64,000 nt of DNA, from assembly GCA_965153285.1 (NCBI GenBank), contig OZ229110.1; one strand, written 5' to 3'. Below, one piece after another: positions 25,462 to 36,976 of this stretch. This DNA comes from Podarcis tiliguerta. Taxonomy: Eukaryota. The stretch's first letter is position 1; every line of letters starts with the position of its first letter. Position numbers and translations under genes: made by a program. Below the pieces are notes generated by a model. That model was not told the origin of the DNA, searched no databases, and saw nothing but the letters and a program-made list of their open reading frames with translations.

Positions 25462-26230
25462 AAAGCACACACACTTCTTCTCCATCCAGCTGTTGCCAAT
25501 ACTTACTTGCAAGTCCCTGTCATCATCTGATATCCAGCAACAGATCATCACAATGTGTACTACAAAGGGAAATGTTTGTGTGCATCTGCATCTGCATATG
25601 TGCATGTTATGTTCTGAATGTCTTGCAAGGGGCATTTTAGATGTGCCTATCTAAAAACTAAAAGAGCACTGGGCATGGTGTACTGAGCCTGACTTTCATA
25701 TATGGTGACACTTGAAGCGGGACTGATCCTGTCACAAAGATAAGTGAGGTGATGACCTCAGGCAGCAGGTATTGAACATCAAATTGCCAGCTAATTTAAT
25801 TGAAGTTTTTGTGCATGTGGTGCAATTTAGATTTTCCACCTTGGTCACTAAAATATGTTTGGCTGGAAGAGAATATACTATATTTGGATTCATCTTGAGT
25901 GCTGGAAGTTGTGCATCTTCCCTCTGTCTATTGCATAATCTGTTCTAGTACTGGATGTTTTCATTCTGTCATCCACAGAGATGTTTAATTTTCTCTTGGA
26001 GATTCTGTGAAGGCTCACCCTGCTGCTGGAACTTCTCCAGGCTAATGGTCCACTGGGTGAAACTATCTTGTCCACAACTGCCTTTGAGATGTCTTCCGCC
26101 ATCAGTTTATGCTGGATGTACATTATGTCCCAACATTAATTGATCCAATAAAATGCTTTTCCATCTCTTCCCCTGTGATCTGCGGAGGTCAAAACTCTGT
26201 GACAGCACAGTAGCTCAGGACAGGATAGGA

Positions 26231-26424
26231 AGGGCTTATAGTTCAGTGACAGAAAAATCTGCCTTTGACACAGAAAATCCTAGGGTCAATCCCCAGCATC
26301 TCTAAACTGGACTGGGAAAAGACCCCGTCTGAAATCCTGGCGAGCCAATATGGGCAATGCAGGCCTAAATGGATCAACGATCTGACTCACTATAAGGCAG
26401 ATTTCTATGCTCTTACTTCTATGT
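26231..26424 (+). mobile_element. Squam3-like tRNA-derived SINE, diverged (related copy at about 27230-27416)
   Basis: tRNA-like head (tagttcagt...ggtcaatcccc) and ...tctgact..tataaggcag.tt.ctatg tail shared with 27230-27416. Confidence 0.6.
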
Positions 26425-26868
26425 TCAACTAAGGTAAAAGTAAAGGACCCCTGGACGGTTAAGCCCATTACCACATCTCATCAGTGCAAGGATTTCCACT
26501 TGTGCAACAGGACACACCCCATTGCTCCTCCCAATGTGGGTCCTGCGCCCCACAAAATCAGTTCCAGTATTTAGGGAGCATGCACAGGGGGAGAAGAAGT
26601 GGAGAGGGTTCCACTGCACAAGCTGAAATCCTTGTGCTGGTGGCATCTTCACGTAGTGCTGCTTTGGATAGAACCTCTAGTAAAGAGTTGGGTGAATAGA
26701 CAGACAGATTAAAGAAGCTGAATATGTGAATAGATAAATGCTAGGTAATGATGCTGATGCTGTTTCCTGTGGGGCCCAACCTAAGAAGCAAGGGTCTAAT
26801 TTTGTACTTTAAGCTCTAACCTTTGCATGAAGGCTGATGTTTCTTGGCTGTTATCCCTCTCTCCCAAG

Positions 26869-27097
26869 TCTCAGTGAGTGATGTGGAGACTGTGCGTGAG
26901 GGACACCAGTCGGAGGTCCTGCAAAGTCTAGCGGAGGAGTTCCCAGCCGAATGCTGCTTCACGGTCGTCTTCCACGGGCGCCGTAACAATCTAGACCTAA
27001 TTGCCAGCTCAGCGGAGGAAGCTCAGTGCTGGATCCAAGGCCTGCGGCGCCTTGTGGAGATTGTCACTAACATGGACCAGAAGGAGAAGATGGATCA
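26869..27097 (+). CDS. PLCD4: PLCD4 coding exon 3 (PH domain C-part)
   Basis: (F)[58 protein letters not shown]...MDQ; ends at the U12 donor ATATCCTT. Confidence 0.95.
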
Positions 27098-28048
27098 ATA
27101 TCCTTATATTGAATTATTCACTGTCCGTTGCCATGCCTGTAAAAGCTAACCTCAAGAGGTCAACTTTGTATTTGTTCTCCAATGCTGGAGATACGACCCA
27201 GGATTCATATGAAATATGAGGTTGATATCAACTGTAGCTTGGTAGCAGAGCACAAGATTTGCACACAGAAATACTGGGTTCAATTTCTGGTGTCTCCAGG
27301 TAGCGCTAGCAAATACTCCTGCCTTAAATCCTGGACAGCTGCTGTCAGCCCATGTAAATGATCCTGAACTAGAGGGCCAGTGGGTCTGACCTGAGATAAG
27401 GTAATTTCCTGTGTTCAATTGCTGACACTTAGATCTCTTTCTCTCCTTTCCTTCACAGCTTCAGCTGTCTCCACTATCTCTTCTGTGGTGCTTCCCTATC
27501 AATTCATTACTTCTGCAGTCACGCTGTTTCCCTCCCCCTGCAATGAACCTACCTATCTTCACTACTACCCAGCCATGTCTTGCCTGAACTGCCCATTGTT
27601 CCAGTCTGCTTTGGTTCTGGCTCTTCCTCTTTTTATAAGCACTACTTGAAGCCATGCAAAACTGCAGATAACAGATTCCGAATAGAATGTATGGGCGGGG
27701 GAAGGTGGTGCCAGTTGTTGTATTTTATTGATTTCTGCTGTGAACTACTCTGTGATTTTAAATGGAGAATAATACATAAATGAACTGGCAAATAAATAGG
27801 TAACATTTTGAATGAAGGGCTTAGTCTTATGAAAATTAAACCTATGTTGGTGCATTTCAACAAGATGCAATTGTTAATAGTTGCCAAATTCTAGGGATTA
27901 GGCTGATGAGGAGTCCACACACACGTTTCTCGAAGCATCTTGGCAGAGCAACACTAGAGTGTTCTTTTGCGCTGTGGCTAGTTTTGAAGACTTAGCTTTG
28001 CCCGGCTGCTATGAGACTGTTTTCCTTGACCCATATCTTGGGCTGCAC
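27098..28048 (+). other. PLCD4: U12-type (minor spliceosome) AT-AC intron of PLCD4
   Basis: 5' ATATCCTTA, branch site TTTTCCTTGAC (28020-28030), 3' ...CTGCAC; splicing restores the conserved MDQ-WICDWF. Confidence 0.93.
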
Positions 28049-28178
28049 ATGGATCTGTGACTGGTTCATGAAAGCTGATAAGGACAAGGATGGACGTATG
28101 AATTTCAAGGAGGTGCAGCACTTGCTCAGGATGATGAACGTGGCTATGAATGAAGACCATGCCTTCCGGCTCTTCCAA
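28049..28178 (+). CDS. PLCD4: PLCD4 coding exon 4 (EF-hand)
   Basis: [43 protein letters not shown]|GTAAAT. Confidence 0.95.
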
Positions 28179-29010
28179 GTAAATTTGGGTGCTGTGGTGG
28201 GGAAGTTACGGTACTGGGTTGCATAGGGAAATCCCTGAGCTTGCTCTTCAAAAGACTACAGCACCTCATTTCCACCCGTGATACACCATAGTGCACATAT
28301 ATTCACTTCTGTTTTTCTTTGCTCACACACTGTGCCCCCAAACCTGGCTATTCTGTTGTCCAGTGTCATTATATCTCTCCGTCAAAGCATCATCCACCTG
28401 GCTGTGGCTCCTTGCCCATCTCTGTGTGTTGTCTGTTGTCTAGTCAAACTCAGTGATATAGAACAGAAACCACTGCAGGTGTCCTGCAGAGACATCTCGT
28501 GGCATCCCCAAGTCTCTCTATTATGTTGTTGATCCCAGTGGGGGCTGACAATGGACTCTGGCAAGAGCAGTGGTGGATCATCCCAGATCCAGAAGCTGCC
28601 CCCCATCCTACCCACACTCTTCATTTAATCCCTGACCCTTTACTACTCCTGCCTCCATCTAGTCATTTTATGGTAGTTTAAAGCTCCTTGGGCAAGGACC
28701 ACATGGCTATGATGTACTGTGCATCAGCTAGGGCACATTTAGTGCTGTAGCAGCAGCAGTGTGTCTCAAGAATCATCATGACTAAACCTCTGATCCTGTA
28801 TGCCCTGTGTAGCCAATGTGGTACCCTCCAGATGTTGCAGACTACAAACTCCCTTCAACCACTGGCCAAGCTGACAGGTTGGAGTTGGAGTCCAAGCCAT
28901 CTAGACGGCCTCACACTGGCTGGCTCTGCCTCACCCCATTGCTTTTATCGCAATGTTCTCCTTTCTGCACAAAGGACCCCCTTGGTCAGAGACCCTTCCA
29001 TTCCTTGCAG

Positions 29011-29242
29011 ATGGCCGACAAATCAGAGACAGGTACACTGGAGGGGGAGGAGTTTGTGCTCTTCTACAAAGCACTGACTCAGCGGGACGAGGTACTCGAG
29101 TTGTTCCAGGAGTACTCCGAGGATGGCAAAAAGCTGACACTGTTGGAGTTTGTGGACTTCTTGCAACAGGAGCAGATGGAGGGGGCTGGCATTGATGAGC
29201 TCGCCATGGAGATGATTGACAGATATGAGCCGTCTGAGACAG
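29011..29242 (+). CDS. PLCD4: PLCD4 coding exon 5 (EF-hands)
   Basis: [25 protein letters not shown]...[10 protein letters not shown]; cAG| and G|GTTGGC. Confidence 0.95.
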
Positions 29243-29605
29243 GTTGGCGGGGTGGGGGTGGAGGAGGGGGGAGAGCTGGCGGGCCCACAACCTGGACAAG
29301 TGCCCACGGTTAGCACAGGTTGGCCCTCGAATAGTGCCAAATCCTCTCTCAGAATAGGAGCTCCCAGGCATTGAGGGGGAGAGGGTATCTGTGTGTCTCT
29401 CTTGTCCCACTAGATCTCCACAAAGCACTTATCACCACCTGTATCAGTTTCATGACACCTATTGCCATAGAAACTGATGCTTTCCTCCAGCACTCCAAAG
29501 GCTCCTCTTTCACTGGCTTTGTCCAGTTCAGTGTCTTTTGTTTTTTTCAGAGGCTAATTCCTCCTCAGTATTGTTCTCTCTCCAACTGGCTCTCTCTTCC
29601 CACAG

Positions 29606-29807
29606 CCAAGGCTCGCCACATCCTGAGCATTGATGGGTTCCTCATGTACCTCTGCTCACCCGATGGCTCCATCTTCAACCCTGACCACAGGACGGTCTTT
29701 CAGGATATGTCTCAGCCCCTCTGCCATTACTTTATCTCCTCCTCCCACAACACATACCTGATGGAGGACCAGCTGAGAGGACAAAGCAGCGTGGAGGGAT
29801 ATATCAG
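29606..29807 (+). CDS. PLCD4: PLCD4 coding exon 6 (start of catalytic X box)
   Basis: [16 protein letters not shown]...[36 protein letters not shown]. Confidence 0.96.
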
Positions 29808-30191
29808 GTAATCGCAATTGAAAGGCAGTTGACTCACTCCCATAACAAAGCCACTCACAAGATACCTTTCACAATTATGACCTCTGTAAGATGTGCTCTT
29901 TACACAAAGCTTGGTGACCAAACCACTTGATACAGAGCAAACTCAAATACATGTTAAGCAAGAGAAAAGCTTACCAGAAATCTGCATCTCAAGGCCTAGT
30001 CCCCAGATCTCCTCAGCTTTTTATAAAACTTTGACTGGAATTGCTTCACACACTGATGAACGTCATGCATAGATTGGATTCCCTCAACATTACAACCTCT
30101 TCCCCCCAAAAAACTTTCCCCACTTATTGCGTACTGCTCACAAACCGAGAGGCTAGGAAGGCCTCATGAATTGCCTTAATTTCCTCTGCAG

Positions 30192-30336
30192 GGCTCTGAA
30201 GCGGGGCTGCCGGTGCCTAGAGGTGGACTGTTGGGACGGACCTAACGGGGAGCCCATTGTCTACCATGGGCATACCTTCACCTCTAAGATCCCCTTCCGG
30301 GACGTTGTGACAACCCTCGATAAATATGCCTTCCGG
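30192..30336 (+). CDS. PLCD4: PLCD4 coding exon 7 (X box)
   Basis: [48 protein letters not shown]. Confidence 0.96.
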
Positions 30337-30775
30337 GTAGGTTGGACTTTTCTGCCACAAGGAATGGGGTCAGTAGGGTGGAATTGTGAAGGCTGCTGAT
30401 TGGTTATTCAGCCAAATTCAAGGTGTTGCTTTTGATTAAATTCCCCCATCCTCCAGACAGCACATCAAAGTTGTGAGAGCCTAATTTTAGTTCCAGTTGT
30501 CCCTAAACCCCTCCCTTTTTTAGATTTAAGTAGGGCACACCATCTTTCCTTCTTGTTGTTTCAAATGGCTGTGGTTCCATAGTTTTGCCACATCCCAGCA
30601 GTGGCTTCATTTCCCTCTATCCTACTTGTCTGGTCTCCAGGAATCCTGAGTTAAAGGTGGCTTGCTATCCCTCAAACAGTTCCATTCCCCTCATTATGTC
30701 ATCAGACTCCACCTTCAACCTCCCACACTTTAGGGCTATTACTGCCTCTAACTTCTTATGTCTCCATTCTCCCAG

Positions 30776-30928
30776 GCTTCTAAATACCCCATTATCCTGT
30801 CTCTTGAGAACCACTGCAGCATAGAGCAGCAGGACATCATGGCCCAGCAGCTGAAGGGGATTCTGGGAGAGCAGCTCCTCACCACCACCATTGATGGACG
30901 TGTCCCAGTGCAGTTGCCTTCACCGGAG
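30776..30928 (+). CDS. PLCD4: PLCD4 coding exon 8 (X box)
   Basis: [19 protein letters not shown]...QLPSPE. Confidence 0.96.
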
Positions 30929-31489
30929 GTGGGGACATGGTGTTGTCAATTGTCTTTCCTTAACCTGGTCTTACAGAGCTTGACTGCAATCCTAGGACTG
31001 TTATTTTAACACTCAGGTGACCCAAATTATTTTACATATTAGTCTGATGTATTAAAATGGTGGCCATAGGAAGGGGAGGAGCCAGAGGTGAGGGGTGAAG
31101 GTTAAGGCAGATGAAGGGACTGGAGGGGGTTCCAAAGGAGCTATTGTGGGAATTAAAGCATTTTTTGTCAGAACCACTAAAGGGAACTTCAAGAAGAGAA
31201 TTAAAGGCAGAAAGGAGCACTGGAGGAACAGAGGTATTGGAGGGAGAAGTATTGGGGACACTTTGTTAAAATCATGCTGAAAGATTGAGTAAAATGGCAT
31301 CAGGGGACCTTTAACTGAGCAGGATGTTTGCTGTGAGAATATTTAAGAGGCTGTCATACTTGTGGAGAAAGGCAGAGTTTTACAGGACAGTCTGGCTGAG
31401 CTGGTGTTGCTAGAGGCCCTTCCCCATCGCCTGAACTCAAAGCACCATCATGTCTGCCCTGATATGACCCACCCTGTGTCCTCATGCAG

Positions 31490-31657
31490 GAGCTGAAGGG
31501 CAAGATCATCCTGAAAGGGAAGAAGATTGGACACCTGGAGGATTATTTGAATGGGCATCTGGATGAGCCGCCTGAGCGGGAAGAGGAGGAGGAGGAGGAA
31601 GAGGGACCAGAGGCAGAGGAAGAAGTCCTGCGCAATGAAGACAAGAAGAAAGAGAAG
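31490..31657 (+). CDS. PLCD4: PLCD4 coding exon 9 (X box end, acidic X-Y linker)
   Basis: ELKGKIILKGKK...EREEEEEEEEGPEAEEE...DKKKEK|GTACAT. Confidence 0.94.
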
Positions 31658-32552
31658 GTACATGGAAACCCTGGTTAGTTGGCTCTTTAGAGGTAGTGGC
31701 AGGTATGTTTTGAGGATCCATCCTGGAGTTGCCTGCACAAAGTTCACATAGCAGTTAAGGTACGTCCAGTCTTTATGAGCATTCGTTGTAATGTGTTTGT
31801 GGGGAGGTTATGCAACAATTTGGCAGCCAAGTGTTGATATGTTTTTCCATTAATCGTTTGCTCATCCCTCAATTTCAATGCATTTCCCCATCATTCCCCC
31901 AACTGCTAAAAGTCCAGGGTTTGTTTGCTTTAAAAAATTGTTGCACTAGTGTGGTAGAGCAATATGCACTTGAACCTCACCTGCCAGATACCAACAGGTG
32001 GGAGGTACCTGCCCTCAAAGCAGGAGTGACTGATGACAATACACACATACAGGTTAGTTTTTGATAGAATGTGAGCTACATTGATTCTACTGGGAAACCC
32101 TGAAACCCTGATGTGGAGAGAAAGCAAATTTTCTTACACTGCACTACAGCCTTTGAACCATTTGGAGTTGGTGGCTCTTTCTCAGGAGCAAAAGGGGGCT
32201 CTTCTCCTATAGCAGGAATATGTGAAGCTGCCTTTGTATGTGAGTCAGACCACTGATCCGTTGTGTTCTCTGACTAGCAGCTTTCTACAAGCTCCCAGGC
32301 AGGGTTTTAAATTAGTCTTTTTAAAAATTGGAAATGCCAGGGATGAAAAGCGCATAGGCTTTGCAAAAGACAGGTAAAGTTCCCAGGGCCAAAACTCTAC
32401 CTGCCCCTCACCAGTTAAAAGGCAAAAGGAGCCTTCCCCCCACAAAGCCTGATATTTTGATTCTATTTTTAGCAGGTGTGGGACTCAGTCTTACTCCCGT
32501 GTCTGCAGTACACATGGTCATCATTTACAAGTTGGTCTCACGTTCTTTGCAG

Positions 32553-32709
32553 AAGGCCAAACAGTCCCTCTCCCAGGAGCTTTCTGACTGCATTGTCTAC
32601 TGCAAGAGCGTGCCCTTTCACAGCTTCCAGCACTCCCGCAGCCACTACAAGTCTTACGAGATGTCCTCCTTTGCTGAATCCAAGGCCCGCAAGCTCATCC
32701 GAGAGGCTG
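32553..32709 (+). CDS. PLCD4: PLCD4 coding exon 10 (Y box start)
   Basis: KAKQSLSQELSDCIVYCKSVPF...EMSSFAESKARKLIREA; CAGAAG tandem acceptor. Confidence 0.94.
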
Positions 32710-33213
32710 GTGAGAAACTGGGGATGGAGGCAGCCAGCAGGCAAGACATTAGGAACGTGCATTGACGGGCCCGTGACTCCTCTGACTCCTCCCCAACATA
32801 CACTAAGATGTTAATGTTTTGCCCCATATTGCCAAGCAGTCAGAAAGTCAGAGGCAGCCCTCCCTGATTCAGTTTCCTTTGGGTCAGAGAACATACCAGC
32901 ACAGCATAGTGGAAGCAAACAACCTCTTGTAAGCAGGCAGCAAAGCCGCTCTAATTCTGCATCAAATTCCCAGAAAGCAGTTTGTGAAGACCTACACACG
33001 CATTGGGGTGGGGTGCGCACCCTAATTTCAACTAACCAGCTAGAAATTCCACGTTCTCTGTCTACATTTTAGGTAAACTGGATGCAAACTGTTTCTCTGA
33101 CACACACATCACTTAGTTGCAGAGGGTCACATTCTCCAAGCACTAATAACTGGAGAGGGGCTTCCCCAAATACCAGATTTCTAAACTTTTGGTGTGCTAA
33201 CTACCTCCTGCAG

Positions 33214-33330
33214 GAAATGACTTCATCCGCCATAATGCCTGGCAGCTGACACGCATCTTCCCCAGCGGTCTGCGGACGGACTCCTCCAATTACAACCCCC
33301 AGGCGATGTGGAATGTGGGGTGCCAGCTGG
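33214..33330 (+). CDS. PLCD4: PLCD4 coding exon 11 (Y box)
   Basis: [39 protein letters not shown]. Confidence 0.96.
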
Positions 33331-34718
33331 GTATGCCAGCCCCAGAAGGATTTAAGGGGTGGGTGGGTGAGGAAGTCACCCTTGTGTGTTTTTTTCCAGA
33401 GCTGCAGCTCCCAGAGTGGTCTAACCATCAGACCCTCTTCCCCCAGAACTTTGGGGATTGTGAGCGGAATAGAGTCTCCTAGCATCTCTTGGCACCTTGA
33501 ACAGAGTGCAGGATTGTGTGTGCGTGTGTGTGTGTGTGTGTGTGTGCGTGTGTGGAGGAAGCCAGGACTAAAGTGGCGCGATACTGCTTTAAGTGCAGAT
33601 GGGGCTTTAGATGGCTTTTAAGAGGGAGATTAGACAAACTGCTGGGGGATAAGGCTACTGATGGCTATGAGTCATAATGTCTGACTGCTACCTGAGAATC
33701 AGCAGCAGCTTTCCTCTGACTAGCAGTCACTGGGGAACGAGAGGGAGACGCAGACACAGACACAGAGAGACAGAGAGCGCACACTTGCACATCTGATTGA
33801 CCATTGTGGGAAACAGGAGGCTGACTAAACAGGCCTTTGGTTTTAGCCAACAGGGCTATATTTATTCACTTATTCCCACAAATGCTGCCTCCCCTTCATT
33901 TGCCTAGCCTCAGAATCCTGCTATCTGGGAGGGGGACAAGTTGTCATATGCCAAGGAGTATTTTTGGCAAGATGGCAATCTAGGGAAGGGTTAACTACTC
34001 CTACTACACTGATCCTCTCCTGGAAATCCCCTCCTGCATTTGTGTCTCAGCAAACTTTGCTGAAGTAGCAAGCTGTTCCACCCTTGAATATTGTAAGTAA
34101 GGAAACCTGATCCCAGCATCTGAAGGGACATAAGGTTACGACATTGCAGGTCTGGGGGTGACTGTCTGGGAGCCATATGTATGCCACACTGGGTTATATG
34201 ATGGCAGAAAGGCAAGATGTAAAATAAATATACAGTGTGCTTCAGAGTGTTCAAAGTGGTGCTTTATAAATAATAGTTATTTATTCTGCTATTGCCAAGC
34301 CTTAGCAGTCAAAACTGGGCTTTACAGCATGGCTGTTCTTATATGGGGGAAGGGTTTCCCCCCCAACTCTTCTGAATGTTGGTTTCCTCAGCTTTCTTCA
34401 AGCTTGCAAATGCAGATTCGAAAGGCAGGAACTGAGGGAAGATAGAGATCCAGAAATGGGATAAGCAGCAGCCAGTGAAAGTGGGTGTAGGGAGGGAAAC
34501 ACTAAGACAATGATATGTCATGTTCCCCCCCCCCCCCCATTATTAGGGAGATGTGGGTTGATGGCCCTCTCTCCACAGTGTGCAGTTTGGGCTTTAATTT
34601 GTATTTCTAAGATGCCTTGCATGGAAGAAGCTAGCAAGAGCTAGAAGACTGCTCTCTCGTTTGCCTCCAATTGCTGCTGGTCTGAAAGATTCCTGTCTCC
34701 TCCTCCTCCTCCTCCCAG

Positions 34719-34897
34719 TGGCCTTGAATTTTCAAACGGCTGGTACAGAGATGGACTTGTGCGATGGGCTCTTCAGTAAAAATGGCCGCTGTGGCTACGT
34801 GTTAAAGCCGAGTTTCATGAAAGACCCAGAGACAACCTTCAGTCCTGAGAACCCCCAAAGCAGGGAGAATGGTAGCCCCCTGAACATAGCCATTAAG
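34719..34897 (+). CDS. PLCD4: PLCD4 coding exon 12 (Y box end)
   Basis: [33 protein letters not shown]...LNIAIK. Confidence 0.96.
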
Positions 34898-35256
34898 GTA
34901 CTGTGTGAGTTTGTTGCCCATACCTTAACCTAACAGGGCTATTTTAGAGAATAACTTATTGGAATAAGAAGCTTCCAGATATCCATGAGAGAATGTGGCC
35001 CCCATCTTGGAAAATTTCTGTCCGACCTAGAGAGAGGCTTTATCTACCCTGCTATCTTTTAATAGCTACTCAGTGCTACTATCCTACTGCAGATGTGGGG
35101 AATATTGACGCTCATGTTGCTGAACTAACATGGCCACTGGCCATGCTTCTTGGGGCTGATGAGAGTTGTAGGTCAGCCATATCTGGAGGGCCAAAGTTTC
35201 CCCATACCTGGTTGAGTCAAAGATCTACTTCTGTTGGGAATGCTGAGTTTGGGATA

Positions 35257-35464
35257 AAGTGGTATCTCAGTTTTCGAACGTCTCCTTGATGAACATTTTG
35301 GTTTTCAAATGCCGTAAACCCAGAAGTAACTGCTTCGGGTTTTGAGCACTTTTTGGAAGTCAAACATGCCACACAGCTTCCGTTTTGAGTTTTCGGTTTT
35401 TGAACGTTTCGGAACTCGAACGGTCTTCCGGAGCAGATTACGTTCGAAAACTGAGGTACCACTA
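35257..35464. mobile_element. Tc1/mariner-type MITE (second family; related copy 60234-60474)
   Basis: Imperfect TIRs agtggtatctcagttttcgaacg ... cgttcgaaaactgaggtaccact with TA flanks. Confidence 0.8.
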
Positions 35465-35631
35465 TATCAAGCAGGCAAAGTGCTGTTCCAAGTCTTTTAT
35501 GTCTTTGGGCTTATACTTCCTTTGTCACTGTCTTGAGTTGCGTGAGTTGCAGAGTGCAGCTGCTGACACATTGCATTTTGCACATGTGGACTTGACTGCT
35601 CTTCTATGCTCACCATAATCTTCTCTTCCAG

Positions 35632-35767
35632 ATCATTAGTGGGCAGCAACTCCCCAAGATGCCCAACAGCAAAGAAGGCTCCATCATCGATCCACTAGTG
35701 CGAGTGGAGATTCATGGGATCCCTGCTGATAGTGCCAAGCAGGAGACCAAATATATTGATGATAACG
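35632..35767 (+). CDS. PLCD4: PLCD4 coding exon 13 (C2 domain)
   Basis: [45 protein letters not shown]. Confidence 0.96.
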
Positions 35768-36562
35768 GTGAGGCAATTCTCTTGGTCATTGTAAAGAACT
35801 GCTGAGATGGGGTTTTACGTGGACCTCATGCATGTGTCAACACAGATGCCCCTCATTCTTAATTACTTAAGGATGAATGAATGAATATCCTGGTGTTATC
35901 TGTGCCAAGGGAACTCAGATTTTACATTAAAAAAAACAACAAATTCTTCCATAGGAATGAATGTCCTTAAAATACTAGGCATGTCAGGCATGGTTTTAAA
36001 TTGTGATGTTTTTGTTTTTGTTTTTGGTAAGAGCTGGGGTGGTGAAGTACAAGGAAGCAGCAGAGGTGGAAACAGATAACAGGGGAAGGATTTATTAGGG
36101 GGACTTGGAGCTACAAAGAAGCAAATAACTCATGTGTAGGGCATATGAGCCACCTTTGGAAACCTTGGGTTTCCATGTCTGTGGCCTACCACACTGGGCA
36201 CAATCCAGCAAAAGTTAGTTGTATGACTAAGCCTCTTTGAAAACAGTGGATTGGTATGTGCTGATGTTCTTATGCTGTTCTTATGTATTGTATTTATTAT
36301 TTAGCCAGTTTGAAATGTCTTAGCTAAAGAGCAGCCCATAAATACATTAAAACAAAACAAATAAAATGAGTTGCAGCCAATTTGTCCCATTGATGTAAGT
36401 GAAGCTTCACCTCATGACTAACATGTGTCCTTTCTCCATTACATTTTCATATTTTACTCTGCACCCTGGCAGGCTAGAAATTTGCATAGTCATTTTGAAA
36501 AGGAAGTTGAACTTTGCAAAAAGGTAAATTCTCCACCAAGGTCCCACAATAGTATATGCATA

Positions 36563-36701
36563 TCTTCTTCCTTCTTTGGCGACCACTCGTAGCAGAGTAA
36601 GATTGTCTTCCATAAACACAGTTTTAACAATGAGTCCGTAAGTGACTGTGGAGACCAATTCCGGATCCACACGTCCTTCCACAGTGGGGACATTGGTTTC
36701 C
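36563..36701 (-). mobile_element. RTE-clade LINE extreme 3' end
   Basis: Minus strand encodes GNQCPHCGRTCGSGIGLHSHLRTHC*, the C-terminal C2H2 motif of RTE ORFs, followed by a short 3' UTR and a GAA-rich tail. Confidence 0.8.
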
Positions 36702-36976
36702 CACTTAAAGGCATCTTCTCTCTTTTTTCCTGGGGCATTGAAAACGCTAAAAGCCCAGTTGGACCATTCAGAGTGGTAGAAAAGTGATGCAAAGAGGGCA
36801 GGTGTTTTTGAGGTTAGACAATAAACTGACCAGAGCAGTTTAGGAATCTCAGAAGCAGCAATGCAGAGGGAAGTTGTGTGAGATTTTATGGAGGTGAAGA
36901 TGGAGAGAGGCTGGGGGACACATAGAGATTATGTGCTGTGACAACACCCTCTTTTCACTTTAATATCCCTGGATAG

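Noticed and set aside
26844-28226. Apparent lack of GT-AG sites suggesting a PLCD4 pseudogene or assembly error
   Set aside because: Fully explained by an AT-AC U12 intron; the spliced frame is intact.
36407-36792. Two overlapping minus-strand ORFs of 91 and 100 aa
   Set aside because: Alternative frames over an RTE 3' stub; no independent coding evidence.
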